From a virus (lineage: Duplodnaviria > Caudoviricetes): a DNA stretch of 64,000 bases. Location: the IMG/VR virus record IMGVR_UViG_3300037761_000250, positions 15,279-79,278 of that record; one strand, written 5' to 3'. Below are positions 47,472-58,057 of the stretch, in pieces (the first letter of the stretch is position 1; each line of letters begins with the position of its first letter). The notes beneath the pieces are model-generated. The model did not search any database. It was not told the origin of the DNA and saw nothing but the letters and a program-made list of their open reading frames with translations. A program made the position numbers and the translations under genes.

Positions 47472-48440
47472 ATGGCCATGTATTCTCCAAGTGGATCTGG
47501 GGAAGTCCATGTCGATCAGGTCTTAACCCAGATTAGTATTGGTTACAAAAACGAAGCGTTGGTTGGCGATCAACTTTTCAAGTCTGTACCTGTAAAGAAA
47601 AAGTCTGACAAATATTACGAGTTTGGTCGAGAAGGGTGGCTTCCGGAAGATGACCGGCGAGCGCCCGGAGCTGCGGCTCGGGAAATTGTCGGGGCCAAGG
47701 TTTCCACGCATACTTACTATGCTGAGGAGCACTCGCTTTCCATCGCAGTTACCGATGAGGAGCGAGAAAATGTCGATTCTCCGCTGGCTCCGGACCGGGA
47801 TGCTTCCGAGTTGGTTACGGATAAGGTTTTGCTGAGCCGCGAGCGTACCATTCAAGTTCTTGCGACCACGGCAGCAAATTATCATGCTGACAATACAGTT
47901 ACGCTGACTCCAGCGACGGATACTTGGGATGTATACGCTACCTCGGACCCGATTGGTGACCTGCGGACTGGAAAGTCTACGGTTCACTCTAAGATTTTCC
48001 GGGAGCCGACGCTAGGTTTGTTTCCATATCAGGTTATGACGAAGCTGGAAGACCACCCAGACTTCCTTGAGCGTATCAAGTATTCCGAGCGAGCAATTTT
48101 CTCACCTGATCTGTTGGCGGCCATTATTGGCCTTGGAAAAATTCTTGTTCCGGGAACTGGAATTAACAACGCCCAGCTTGGCTTGCCCGATGACATTGGT
48201 TATCTGTGGGGAGTCGATGTTGTGCTGGCTTATGTTCCGCCTCGTCCGGGAATGAAAATTCCTTCTTATGGGTATGAATTTACTCAGGGTGGTCAAGTTG
48301 TTGATCGGTGGCGGGTTAATGAACGGAAGTCTGATTTGGTTCGGGTTTCTCGGAACTATGATATTAAGATGACCGCAATTGATTCTAGTGGTGACCAGCT
48401 TGCAGGTTATCTGATTAAGACCGCTGTGGACGTGAGCTGA
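47472..48440 (+). CDS. Major capsid protein
   Basis: VDQVLTQISIGYKN...LFKSVPV; 322 aa; position in the head module. Confidence 0.88.
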   Translation: MAMYSPSGSGEVHVDQVLTQISIGYKNEALVGDQLFKSVPVKKKSDKYYEFGREGWLPEDDRRAPGAAAREIVGAKVSTHTYYAEEHSLSIAVTDEERENVDSPLAPDRDASELVTDKVLLSRERTIQVLATTAANYHADNTVTLTPATDTWDVYATSDPIGDLRTGKSTVHSKIFREPTLGLFPYQVMTKLEDHPDFLERIKYSERAIFSPDLLAAIIGLGKILVPGTGINNAQLGLPDDIGYLWGVDVVLAYVPPRPGMKIPSYGYEFTQGGQVVDRWRVNERKSDLVRVSRNYDIKMTAIDSSGDQLAGYLIKTAVDVS

Positions 48441-48447
48441 TATTATT

Positions 48448-50223
48448 ATGGCAAAGAAAATTATGACGGTAACTCGGTTGAAGGTTAAGGGTGACTTGCT
48501 TTTTCCTAATACCGAATTAGATGTTCAGAAGTATAAATTAACTCAAGACCAATTGATAAAACTACATAAAGCAGGATCTATTAAGGTAGTTGATACTTCC
48601 GAGCCGGTGGATCGACCAGAACTTACCCCGGCTGATGTAGTAACTAAGTCTTCTACTGAGGAAAATAATGGCACGAGTGGAGATGGCACAGGTTCAGGGG
48701 TGGTTGGAACCAACCAAACTGACCCTGACAAGTCTTAACACCAACCTGTTAAACAACCTTGAAGAAGAGGTTTTATCTAGGTTGGCGTCGGTCTATGACA
48801 CAAGTTCATGGATCGACTCTGCCAGTACGCCCCTATTAGTTCGTACTATTATTTCCAAATTATATGCTTCTTGGCATTATGACAAAGAGTATAGTGAAGA
48901 CCAAGAAGAAGGAAACAATTATGCTGATCGGTTAGCAGCCAATGCTGAAAATTTGATCAGCTCAATTGTCGATGGTAAGATAGTTATTCCCGAAGAATCT
49001 GTTACTAATCCACGACAAGCTAGTTTCTTTCCAACAAACGAATCTTCAAGTAAAGAGCCAACTGAACTTAATCCTGAATTTGGTGGTCCATATTTTAGTT
49101 TGGGCCGGCGGTTCTAATGGCCATAAATATTTTCATTCCAATTGGTAGTTTTCGTAACCAAGTTATGAAATTATCGAACGATGCACAAAATATGGCCAAA
49201 GAATTTGGAAATATGAAGGAACCGCTTAACGATTCCATCGACAAAGTAATTATACCTTCTATTGAAAATAACTTTAGGCGGGGTGGGCGTCCGTCCTGGG
49301 AGAGATTAGCCGATTCAACAGTTGAACGACTAGGTTCTTCTTCCCCAATATTGGACGAAACCGGAGTCATGAGAAATGTTGCAACTAGTAAACGAATTTG
49401 GAATGTTGATAATTTCAGTGCAATAATGAATTTGTCTGATCCAGATTATGCCAAGTATCACCAAACTGGTACGGCTGATATGCCTCAGCGAGTGTTTGCA
49501 GTTCTCCAAAATGAAGATATGAATAACATTGAAGAGATTTTTGACGCTTGGGTTAATGAGATGGTAGCTAGTCGAGGTGGGTGGTAGTATGGCTCACACC
49601 GATCGAACTACAGTTTTAGCAATGGCTATTATGAATAAAATAAAGTCCGAGCAAACAAGTTTGGGAATTGGTCAAGTATTGTATGGTAACCATACTAAAA
49701 TACCAGACGGCAAAACAGTTGTGGTTACCAGTGGTCAGAAAACTCGTCAACTTGCTGGGGTTGGCGGTCCAGGTGGCCGTACTCTCAATAGTATGCGGGT
49801 TTTTATTACTGTATATTTTAGTCTTGTTGAAGGTGAAGAAGTTGCTAGGCTTGAATTAGATCGAATGGCCGAAGATATTGAGCACATGCTTCATCAGGAT
49901 ACTAGTATAAATGATCTCATTATTCATGGATTCATAAATATTTGGGATCCAGGAATAGCTTTTAGGTCTAAGTCAATGTTTCGGGTTGTTCAAATGGAGT
50001 TCGTTGGACAATCCAAAACACAACTTACGGATATACCATGATAAGAGCTGTATTAGTTTCAACTCAGGACTGTGACATTATTCCGTTGGGAAGACTTGAA
50101 AGAAAGGGTTTTCCTATGGTTTTAACCGAGTCTGACATCCATCGGTTTGAACGATTTCACAAAGTGAAGATTGGGGAGGCTAATTTTCCTCCTCATGTTC
50201 AACTAACTGTTGAGGTGATTTAA
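48448..50223 (+). CDS. Head-tail joining genes: 48448-48738, adaptor 48668-49117, morphogenesis/Mu gpG-like 49117-49587, terminator-like 49589-50041, 50038-50223
   Basis: Synteny; ENNFRRGGRPSWERL...ILDETG...YAKYHQTGT..MPQR motif in 49117-49587. Confidence 0.7.
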
Positions 50224-50225
50224 GA

Positions 50226-51515
50226 ATGACGCAACCAGGAATTGGTGGTGGCGGGCTGGTTGGGCTGGCTATTGAAGTCCTGCCACCACCAGAAACTTTA
50301 ACCGCAGTTGCGGCAGCAGGTGGTACCTTAGTAGACGACGAGTATTTCTATGTCGTGACGGCCGTTAACTCATCTGGCGAAACTGTTATTAGTAATGAGG
50401 ATTCAGCTACTACTGCGACTACAAATAATTCAGTCTTACTAGATTGGGACCCGGTTCTAGACGCTCAAGACGTCGAGGCTACTTATAATGTTTATCGTAG
50501 CTTAACTACTGGTGGTCCTTATCAAACTTTGACGACTGGAGTAGCGACTAGTACCTTTACTGATGACGGTACTTTGACACCAGCCGCACCGGCTCCACCT
50601 ACTGTTAATACTGCGTTAGCCTATGGTGTTTATACTGCGCCAACTAAGTTCTTTCCAATAAACAGCGAAAGCTTAAAGTTCAATCAGGGAACAATTTTCC
50701 GTCGTCCGATCCGTCAGTCGGTTGATGTGGTTGGTGCGGTCCCGGGTAATGTGCATAGTGATGGTGACTTGGAAATAGAAGCCTTAGAGGATGTAGTTCC
50801 ATATTTCATTCTAGCTTCCCGAGTTGTAGCTTCAAAGGTTACCACTGGATCAGATATTGTCTACACCTTCACACCCACTCCGAATGCAATTCCTGTATTG
50901 TCACTGTCCATCACGGTTGTACGGAATGAAGAAGTATTTGGGTATACTGGATGTGTGACCGGTCAGTTTTCCTTTACTCCGTCCGACGGTTTGTTAATGT
51001 TCAACGTTAGTTTGGTGGGTAGTGACGAAATCGAATCGCCATTGCCGATTGCTACTTGGCCAACTACCGTTCCGTTTGGTGCGGGTCAATACGAAGTTAA
51101 TATTGCTGGTACGCAGATGTTCGATACTGATACTTTCGAGTTCACGGTTAACGATAATGCTGAACCACAATTCCGGCTCAAGGATACTGGTCGAGGTGCC
51201 CAGTATATTAAATTTGGTGAGCGGGAATGTACCATTACCATGGAGCGCGATTTCTTCGATCGTACCGAATACGATCAGTTTAAGACATTAACTCAGGAAG
51301 AAATCTTCGTTCGTACTCAGAAGTTGGCAACTAACTATATTAAGATGACCGCCCCGGTTGCTGTTAAGGACAGCTATGAGGTTGGTTTGTCTGGTCAGGG
51401 AGAGTTGGTTCGAGCCAATATCGAGTACCAGAACATGATTGACACCAACGGTGACTCGTTCATTATCGAAATCGGTACTCAGGAGGATATTGATCAGGTT
51501 GAGGAGGCTCCATAA
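50226..51515 (+). CDS. Major tail (tube) protein with inserted FN3/Ig-like domain
   Basis: Tail-tube signatures after an Ig-like segment (about aa 18-130). Confidence 0.8.
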   Translation: MTQPGIGGGGLVGLAIEVLPPPETLTAVAAAGGTLVDDEYFYVVTAVNSSGETVISNEDSATTATTNNSVLLDWDPVLDAQDVEATYNVYRSLTTGGPYQTLTTGVATSTFTDDGTLTPAAPAPPTVNTALAYGVYTAPTKFFPINSESLKFNQGTIFRRPIRQSVDVVGAVPGNVHSDGDLEIEALEDVVPYFILASRVVASKVTTGSDIVYTFTPTPNAIPVLSLSITVVRNEEVFGYTGCVTGQFSFTPSDGLLMFNVSLVGSDEIESPLPIATWPTTVPFGAGQYEVNIAGTQMFDTDTFEFTVNDNAEPQFRLKDTGRGAQYIKFGERECTITMERDFFDRTEYDQFKTLTQEEIFVRTQKLATNYIKMTAPVAVKDSYEVGLSGQGELVRANIEYQNMIDTNGDSFIIEIGTQEDIDQVEEAP

Positions 51516-52245
51516 TGCCATTACAGCCAGCTAGGAAAGCCAAGGACACAGTATCTTACCGTCCAAATGCTCATCGAACTGAAAACGTAACAGTTATGGC
51601 AACAGCAGCAGCTACTCCATCTGGATTAGTGGCGACTCCATCCACTTCTGGTGGGACTTTGGCAGCCAATACATATCTTTATCGGGTTGCTGCGGTTCGA
51701 GATGGATTAGTAAGTGCTCCAACTGCGCAAGTTCAGGCTATTACTACTGGAGCAACTGGTTCAGTTTCGTTGTCATGGAATGCAGTACCTGGGGCAACTT
51801 CTTATAGGGTATTTGGTAGGTTAGGAACTATTCAATTGATCGGCTCGCCAACGTCACCCGCGTTTGTTGACACCGGATCGGTTACTCCGTCTGGGGCCTT
51901 ACCAACTGCGATTGGATTAGCAAACCTTAGAATACCGCATCGTGACAACGTTACCGATGTAGAAGTTGGTACTGGCATTGATGAATACCGAAATCGGTAT
52001 GGGCGGGCGGGCTAATGAGAATACCAAAAGTTAATCACCATGTTGCGTTTATTAGGGACATAAATGAACTGACCGAACCATTTCCTCCGCATATTGAAGA
52101 TTATGTAAAGCGTCGTCCTGCAACAATTACAGAAGTCAATTTGGACGATACCGTTGATCTTCGAGTAGGTCATCATGGTGAGACCTACACCAACGTTCCT
52201 CGTCGTACTTCGAATGAGCAAGTAGAAGTTTACGTAACTTATTGA
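51515..52245 (+). CDS. FN3-like accessory virion protein (51515-52015) and small protein (52015-52245)
   Basis: GGTLAANTYLYRVAAV...VSLSWNAVPGATSYRVFGR is similar to the MTP insertion. Confidence 0.65.
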
Positions 52246-52260
52246 GTTAATGGAGTAAAT

Positions 52261-52889
52261 ATGCCTGTTGCAACTGTAACTGATTCTGATGTTAAGGTGG
52301 ATTTGAAATCTATCGAAGGTGGTTATGTAGTAATTAGACGAGCCACCTATGGTGAAAAGTTAAAAACTAAAAGTATGATGTCCAGTATTCGAATGGAACT
52401 GGGAGACAAAAAGACAGGCAACATTTCTCAGGCCCATATTGAATTGTTCGAAGAGAAGGTAACCAACTACGAGTTTGCTAACTTCATTAGCGATCATAAC
52501 CTTACCGATGAGAAGCAGAAGCCGCTTAATTTTAAGAATGCAGCAGATGTAGCTCGACTTCGTGGACAGATTGGTGAGGAAATTTCTGACCGAATGAAGG
52601 AAGTTAATGATTTTGAAGATAATGAGGAAGTAAAAAACTAGCAAAGCGGCTTCGGACAGCTATCATTACCGAAGCAAAAATGGCCGAAGCCGACGTAGCA
52701 GAATTTTTTGAAATAGTAAACTTGTGCGATCAATTGCACGCTTTGCCAAGAGCCGGTGGATTATTGGATCAAGATTCACTGTTTGTGCATCTTTATTCAG
52801 CAGTATCAAAAGCTCGGGCTGAGCGTCAAGAGATTGATGAACATAAGGCAAAACAGAAAATGCCAAAAGTTCCATCGAAGCGGAGGTGA
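52261..52889 (+). CDS. Tail assembly chaperones G/GT with programmed -1 frameshift
   Basis: A_AAA_AAC at 52632-52638 just before the TAG; the -1 frame is open into ORF 52680-52889. Confidence 0.85.
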
Positions 52890-52894
52890 TCTAA

Positions 52895-55843
52895 TTGGCT
52901 CGCAGTCGGGACCTTTGGATCATTCTCCGGGCACGGGACGAAGCATCGAAAGTTTTCCGTTCATTTGGACGTAATATTGGTTCATCTACTCGCAGTGCAA
53001 CTTCCGATATTTCTAGGTTTGATCGATCGCTGCATAATACTGGTATTCGACTTACACAATTTGGTATGGCGGCTCAGCTTGCCGGCGCGGTGGTTACCGG
53101 TTTAGGAGTAGCTGGACTTAGATTTCTTAAAACTTCAATTGATGTAGCAGCTGAGTACGACCGACAGTCAAGACGTACATTGACTCAGGTAGATAATATC
53201 AGGGTTAGTTTACAAGAGGTTGCCGATGTTGGTCGAAGAGTAGCCCGAGACATCGGTGTTCCATTCGAAGAGTTGCAGGATACTTTATTCTTCATCTTTT
53301 CGTCTATGGATGTTAACATTAAAGAAGCAGAATTTTTGCTTCGTGGATTCTCAAAAGAGGCTATAGCTGGACAGGCTGATTTGGAGTCGGCAGCTCGTAC
53401 TTCTATTGCTATTATGAATGCTTTGCAAGTTCCGGTCAAGGATTTGACTAGACTGCAAGACGTTCAATTCCAAATTGTTCGTAAAGGTATTATATCCTAC
53501 GAAGAACTTTCTAAAACTATTGGTAGAGCCCTACCAGCTACTGCACGAGCCGGTCAGAGTTTCGAAACTCTCGGTGCAATGATTGCCTTTATGACTAGAA
53601 ATGGTCTATCGGCAGCCTTTGCGTCTACTTCGGCCGCTCGTGCCCTCGAATCGTTCGCTCATCCAACGGTGGTCGGCCGTTTAGAGGCTATGGGAATTGC
53701 TGTGCGTGACCAAGCCGGCGAATATCGTCCGCTGCTTGCTGTCATGCGTGACATGAATAAAACATTAGGTGATATGGCACAACCAGAACGGACAAAATTT
53801 CTTCAAGAATTGTTCGCAGGTGCCGGTGGAACAATTCAATCTAGACGGTTCTGGGACTTGGCGTTTAAAAACTTTGGCAAGTTTGATGACATGGTTGGTC
53901 ATATGAAAAATTCGGCTGGTGTTTTTAACCAAGCCTATGCAACCATGTCTAATTCCGTCGCAGTGCAATCTGAGTTGGTTCGAAGTAAATGGATGCTTAT
54001 TAAAGAGGCGTTGGGCCGTGCCCTAATGCCGGCATTCTTGCAATTACTGGGAGTTTTTAGTAAAGTTCTAGGATGGTTTGATAAATTACCTCAGCCTGTA
54101 AAGTCAATAATAACACAATTCATATTGTGGGGATCAATTATTTCTGTAGTTATTGGTGTGCTACTAGTCATAATTGGTACACTTGGATTCCTAATTGGTG
54201 GTATATTAATCGCGGGCGAAGCATTAGTTATATTCATTGCTGGACTTGCAGCCTTAGTAGCTTCTTTATTGACTTTGGGTGCAGTATTTATATTATCTTG
54301 GAAAAATAGTGAGAATTTCCGGAAAACTTTATCAAATATTGCTAGCATTTTCGAGCAACTTTGGTCTGTTATAGTAACTACTTCAAAGGGAATTGGTCAG
54401 GCATTTTCAAAACATCTATTGCCACCACTACAAAAACTTTTCCAGGTTATAGAAAATGACGTAGCACCTGCCATTCATAGGTTCCAAGCTTTGTTAGCTA
54501 AGGAAGTTATTCCAAAAGTCAAAGAAGCCGGGCGCATAATTAAGAGTATTTTCAGTAAAGCGTTTGAATTGCTTGGTTTTGTCATTGAACGTGTAGCTAT
54601 TCCAGCTATTCAGAAAATAACTGAATGGTGGAGAGAACATACGAATGAACTTCAACCATTAATCAAGGCATTTGCACAGGTAGTAAAATGGGTTCTGATT
54701 ATAGCTGCTATCTTTGTTGGTATTCTAATCGTAGCTCTGGCAGCCCCAATTATTGTTATTGGTCTTGTTGTAGGTGCAGTTGCTCTATTGATTTTTGCTT
54801 TCTCTAAATTGATTCAGTTCGTAAAGTTCCTCGCAGGCAAAATTGCTGAGTTCTTTGTCGGACTGTGGAACCGTTTGGTGGGAATCTGGAACAGCATAAT
54901 AGGCGTAGTAGTATTTGCTATGACTCTAATCGGCAAACAAATTGCCTTTGGCATTGCTATTGTGAAGGCGATTTGGAATTCGTTCTGGAACGTCTTTGGC
55001 GGTTTGTTCAAGGCAATTTGGCAACTCATCCTCGCCATTGTTAAGCTCTACACAACCATGTTCACCGAGGTTTGGAAGGATTGGTTGGTTCCGCTTGGGC
55101 GATTCTTTGTCAATATCTGGAACAGCATAACTAAGTTCTTTGTCGGTGTTTGGAATGGTATCGTCCGCTTCGTTTCCGGTAAGTGGAATACTCTAACGAA
55201 GTTGGCCGATATTGCTTGGAGATTAATTAAGTCGAAGATTACTGGTCCTATAAATGCTGCGAAGGATACCATTTCGTCTGTAATGAGTAAAATTCGTGGC
55301 CTATGGGATCGTGGCTGGGAAGCAGTACGCAAGGTTGTCGTAGACAAACTGAATAAGGCTCGGGATACTGTTAAGAATAAGATTCAAGCCGTCCGCGATC
55401 TCTTCAAAAATGCCAAGAACTGGTTGTTCCAGGCAGGACGCAATATTATTCAGGGTCTTATCGATGGTGTCACGAGTAAAATCGAGTCCCTGACATCAAA
55501 ACTCAACGAAATAAGCCGACTCATCCCACAAATCAAAGGTCCGCGTGAACGAGACCTTCGACTGCTGCAACCGGCTGGTCAACACATTATTCAAGGGTTG
55601 ATGCGCGGTATCAACGACGTCGTTCCGGAATTGACTTCTCAACTAACCAATATCAGTAGCTTGGTTAGCGGTCAAATTCGACCTCCACGATTGATTAATC
55701 CACTTGGTGTGGTTTCTAGAGAAGCTAGTCGTGATAATAGTGAATCGAAAGTTGTTAATCAATATGTAACTATCAATACGAACGATCTTGATCCTGAACG
55801 ACAAGCAATCGAGTTGGGTTGGCTATTGGCGGCGAGGATGTAA
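52895..55843 (+). CDS. Tape measure protein
   Basis: 982 aa; helical Trp/Phe-periodic repeats and a TM region; follows the chaperones. Confidence 0.95.
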   Translation: MARSRDLWIILRARDEASKVFRSFGRNIGSSTRSATSDISRFDRSLHNTGIRLTQFGMAAQLAGAVVTGLGVAGLRFLKTSIDVAAEYDRQSRRTLTQVDNIRVSLQEVADVGRRVARDIGVPFEELQDTLFFIFSSMDVNIKEAEFLLRGFSKEAIAGQADLESAARTSIAIMNALQVPVKDLTRLQDVQFQIVRKGIISYEELSKTIGRALPATARAGQSFETLGAMIAFMTRNGLSAAFASTSAARALESFAHPTVVGRLEAMGIAVRDQAGEYRPLLAVMRDMNKTLGDMAQPERTKFLQELFAGAGGTIQSRRFWDLAFKNFGKFDDMVGHMKNSAGVFNQAYATMSNSVAVQSELVRSKWMLIKEALGRALMPAFLQLLGVFSKVLGWFDKLPQPVKSIITQFILWGSIISVVIGVLLVIIGTLGFLIGGILIAGEALVIFIAGLAALVASLLTLGAVFILSWKNSENFRKTLSNIASIFEQLWSVIVTTSKGIGQAFSKHLLPPLQKLFQVIENDVAPAIHRFQALLAKEVIPKVKEAGRIIKSIFSKAFELLGFVIERVAIPAIQKITEWWREHTNELQPLIKAFAQVVKWVLIIAAIFVGILIVALAAPIIVIGLVVGAVALLIFAFSKLIQFVKFLAGKIAEFFVGLWNRLVGIWNSIIGVVVFAMTLIGKQIAFGIAIVKAIWNSFWNVFGGLFKAIWQLILAIVKLYTTMFTEVWKDWLVPLGRFFVNIWNSITKFFVGVWNGIVRFVSGKWNTLTKLADIAWRLIKSKITGPINAAKDTISSVMSKIRGLWDRGWEAVRKVVVDKLNKARDTVKNKIQAVRDLFKNAKNWLFQAGRNIIQGLIDGVTSKIESLTSKLNEISRLIPQIKGPRERDLRLLQPAGQHIIQGLMRGINDVVPELTSQLTNISSLVSGQIRPPRLINPLGVVSREASRDNSESKVVNQYVTINTNDLDPERQAIELGWLLAARM

Positions 55844-55844
55844 C

Positions 55845-56699
55845 ATGTCCCTAACTGATGATTACACGTTTCGCTTAGGCGCTTCCGGCGTCATGCTTAA
55901 CGATGATCCTCCAGTACCTTTTGTTGATATTACAAAAGTGACGGGCTTAGGAAATGCTCCTTATCGGGAGACTGAGCGGGACCATGAGGGGCAAGATGGT
56001 GGATTCATGGACGCGGAATTCGAGAAAGGTCGGCATATATCCTTGGAGGGTACGGTATATGCCAACCCCTCGATTATGGAAATCTATCTCGATAGCCTCA
56101 AAGCCAACTTTGCTCCAGTCTCTGATCCAGTTCCGTTCTATCTGTTGTCACCAGGTGTATCGACTCGTATAGTGTTTGTGAAATCGCTGGGAGTGCGTTA
56201 CGATTGGGATTCTGCCCGTAGAATTGGTTCAGCAGACATTGTATTTGTCATGTTTGCAGAAGATCCTCGGCAATACTCTGAAACACTTGTGCAAACGGAA
56301 ATTGATCTTCAATTAGACGCAAATACTGGATTTGGTTTCCCGTTTGGTTTCCCGCTGAGTTTTGGTTCGTCGGTTGTGCCTTCGGTAACTACTGTCACAA
56401 ATTCAGGCAATCGACCAACGCCCCCTATACACGTTATGCCTGGACCAGTAACCGATCCTAAGGTGGTGAAGATTGATACAAACGAAGTCTTGGCTTTCAA
56501 CATTACCGTGGCGACGGGCCAGACTCTACGTGCAAATACAGTAAATAGGACGGTGATGTTAGATAACGCTAATCGGTATGATATATTGGTTCAGGATGAT
56601 TGGTTCTCACTGGATCCTGGTGATAATGATATTGCCTATCGAGCAGGATCATCCAGTCCGACTACATTAACGGTAGAACACCGTCACGCTTGGAGGTGA
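55845..56699 (+). CDS. Distal tail protein (Dit-like)
   Basis: Directly after the TMP; start at ATG 55845. Confidence 0.8.
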   Translation: MSLTDDYTFRLGASGVMLNDDPPVPFVDITKVTGLGNAPYRETERDHEGQDGGFMDAEFEKGRHISLEGTVYANPSIMEIYLDSLKANFAPVSDPVPFYLLSPGVSTRIVFVKSLGVRYDWDSARRIGSADIVFVMFAEDPRQYSETLVQTEIDLQLDANTGFGFPFGFPLSFGSSVVPSVTTVTNSGNRPTPPIHVMPGPVTDPKVVKIDTNEVLAFNITVATGQTLRANTVNRTVMLDNANRYDILVQDDWFSLDPGDNDIAYRAGSSSPTTLTVEHRHAWR

Positions 56700-56702
56700 G
56701 TA

Positions 56703-58046
56703 ATGGCTGAGATCAATCCCGCTTCTTGGCTTCACAATGCCGGAGCGGTCCACACCGCAGCTCAGCTCCGGGCTAGTGTTGGTTCTTTAAGTGTTGGGTT
56801 GTCTTCGGAATTAACCGCTCGGGGTGGAGTTAACCCAAGTCTTGGTAGTCGTATGGCAGTTGCTCAGGTGGGTGCTGGCACTAGTATGGCAGTGAGCGTT
56901 GGATCGGGTATTGCACATGTTCCTGGTTCCTTAGCAGGCGCTCAGGGTACTTACATATGCATAAATGATGCGGCTGTGCAGTTAACCATTGCGACTGCGG
57001 ATGGAACCAATGACCGCATAGATGTTGTCGTGGCAACAGTGCGAGACGCTTTTTATAGTGGAGCCAATAACGATTGGCTCCTACAAGTTGTTACTGGCAC
57101 ACCAGCCACCATACCTGTTCTTCCCACATTGCCAGACAATAGTCTTATTTTGGCGGAGGTCCTCGTACAGAACGGCGTAACTGTTATCACAGATGCCGAT
57201 ATCACTGATCGGCGATTTTTGTCTATCTCTTCTGGCGGACTTTTGCCCGTTCGAGACGAAGACGAACGCGATGTCCTAGATGGACTTTACGACGGTTTCG
57301 CAGTCTGGCGTATTGATCTGAAAGAGATTCAACTATATGATGGATCTCTTTGGCGGAGAATACGCGGTTTTGAACGTGTTCCTATTCTGTCAACTGGAAC
57401 TTTCGTCAAAGCCAACTTCCCTGGCATGATAGCAGTTCGTAATAAACTCCAAGCACCAGGTGGAGGTGGAGGTGGCGCAGATGCATCAGCGGGTGGTGTG
57501 CAGTCATTTGGCCACGGTGGTGGAGGCGGAGGATATTCAGAATCCATTTTGCTAGTGTCACAACTATCTGCTTCGGAGACCGTGACTTTGCCAGCTGGGG
57601 GAGCTGGCGGGATTGCTGAAGCTTCTGGAGCTTCTGCTTCCGATGCTAGTTTTGGCTCACATCAGGTGGCTAGGGGAGGACTTGGCGGTGGTAGAGATAC
57701 GACTGTTACTACTACCCCAGCTTTGGGTGGCACTATTGGAGCTCCTGGTCTTGGTGGTGGACAATCAGGTTCTCCAGGTACTGGCGACATAGTTATACCT
57801 GGTGGCACAGGTCACCCAGGCTTTTCTCTTACTACCATTGAGGTTACCGGAGGTAACGGCGGGGACTCTCAGCTTGGTAAAGGTGGCCGTGGTCTCGCTG
57901 CCAACGTCACAGTGGTAGGATCGGGATTACCTGGCACTGGTTATGGTGGCGGCGGGGGCGGCGCCGGCGCCCGAAGTTCAGCCGGACCAGTCAATGGTGG
58001 TGCAGGTGCGCCTTCCGCTTGTTTTACATACGTCTACTACATCTAG
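56703..58046 (+). CDS. Minor tail protein with glycine-rich C-terminal domain
   Basis: APGGGGGG...GGGGG repeats. Confidence 0.8.
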   Translation: MAEINPASWLHNAGAVHTAAQLRASVGSLSVGLSSELTARGGVNPSLGSRMAVAQVGAGTSMAVSVGSGIAHVPGSLAGAQGTYICINDAAVQLTIATADGTNDRIDVVVATVRDAFYSGANNDWLLQVVTGTPATIPVLPTLPDNSLILAEVLVQNGVTVITDADITDRRFLSISSGGLLPVRDEDERDVLDGLYDGFAVWRIDLKEIQLYDGSLWRRIRGFERVPILSTGTFVKANFPGMIAVRNKLQAPGGGGGGADASAGGVQSFGHGGGGGGYSESILLVSQLSASETVTLPAGGAGGIAEASGASASDASFGSHQVARGGLGGGRDTTVTTTPALGGTIGAPGLGGGQSGSPGTGDIVIPGGTGHPGFSLTTIEVTGGNGGDSQLGKGGRGLAANVTVVGSGLPGTGYGGGGGGAGARSSAGPVNGGAGAPSACFTYVYYI

Positions 58047-58057
58047 GGAGGTAACCG

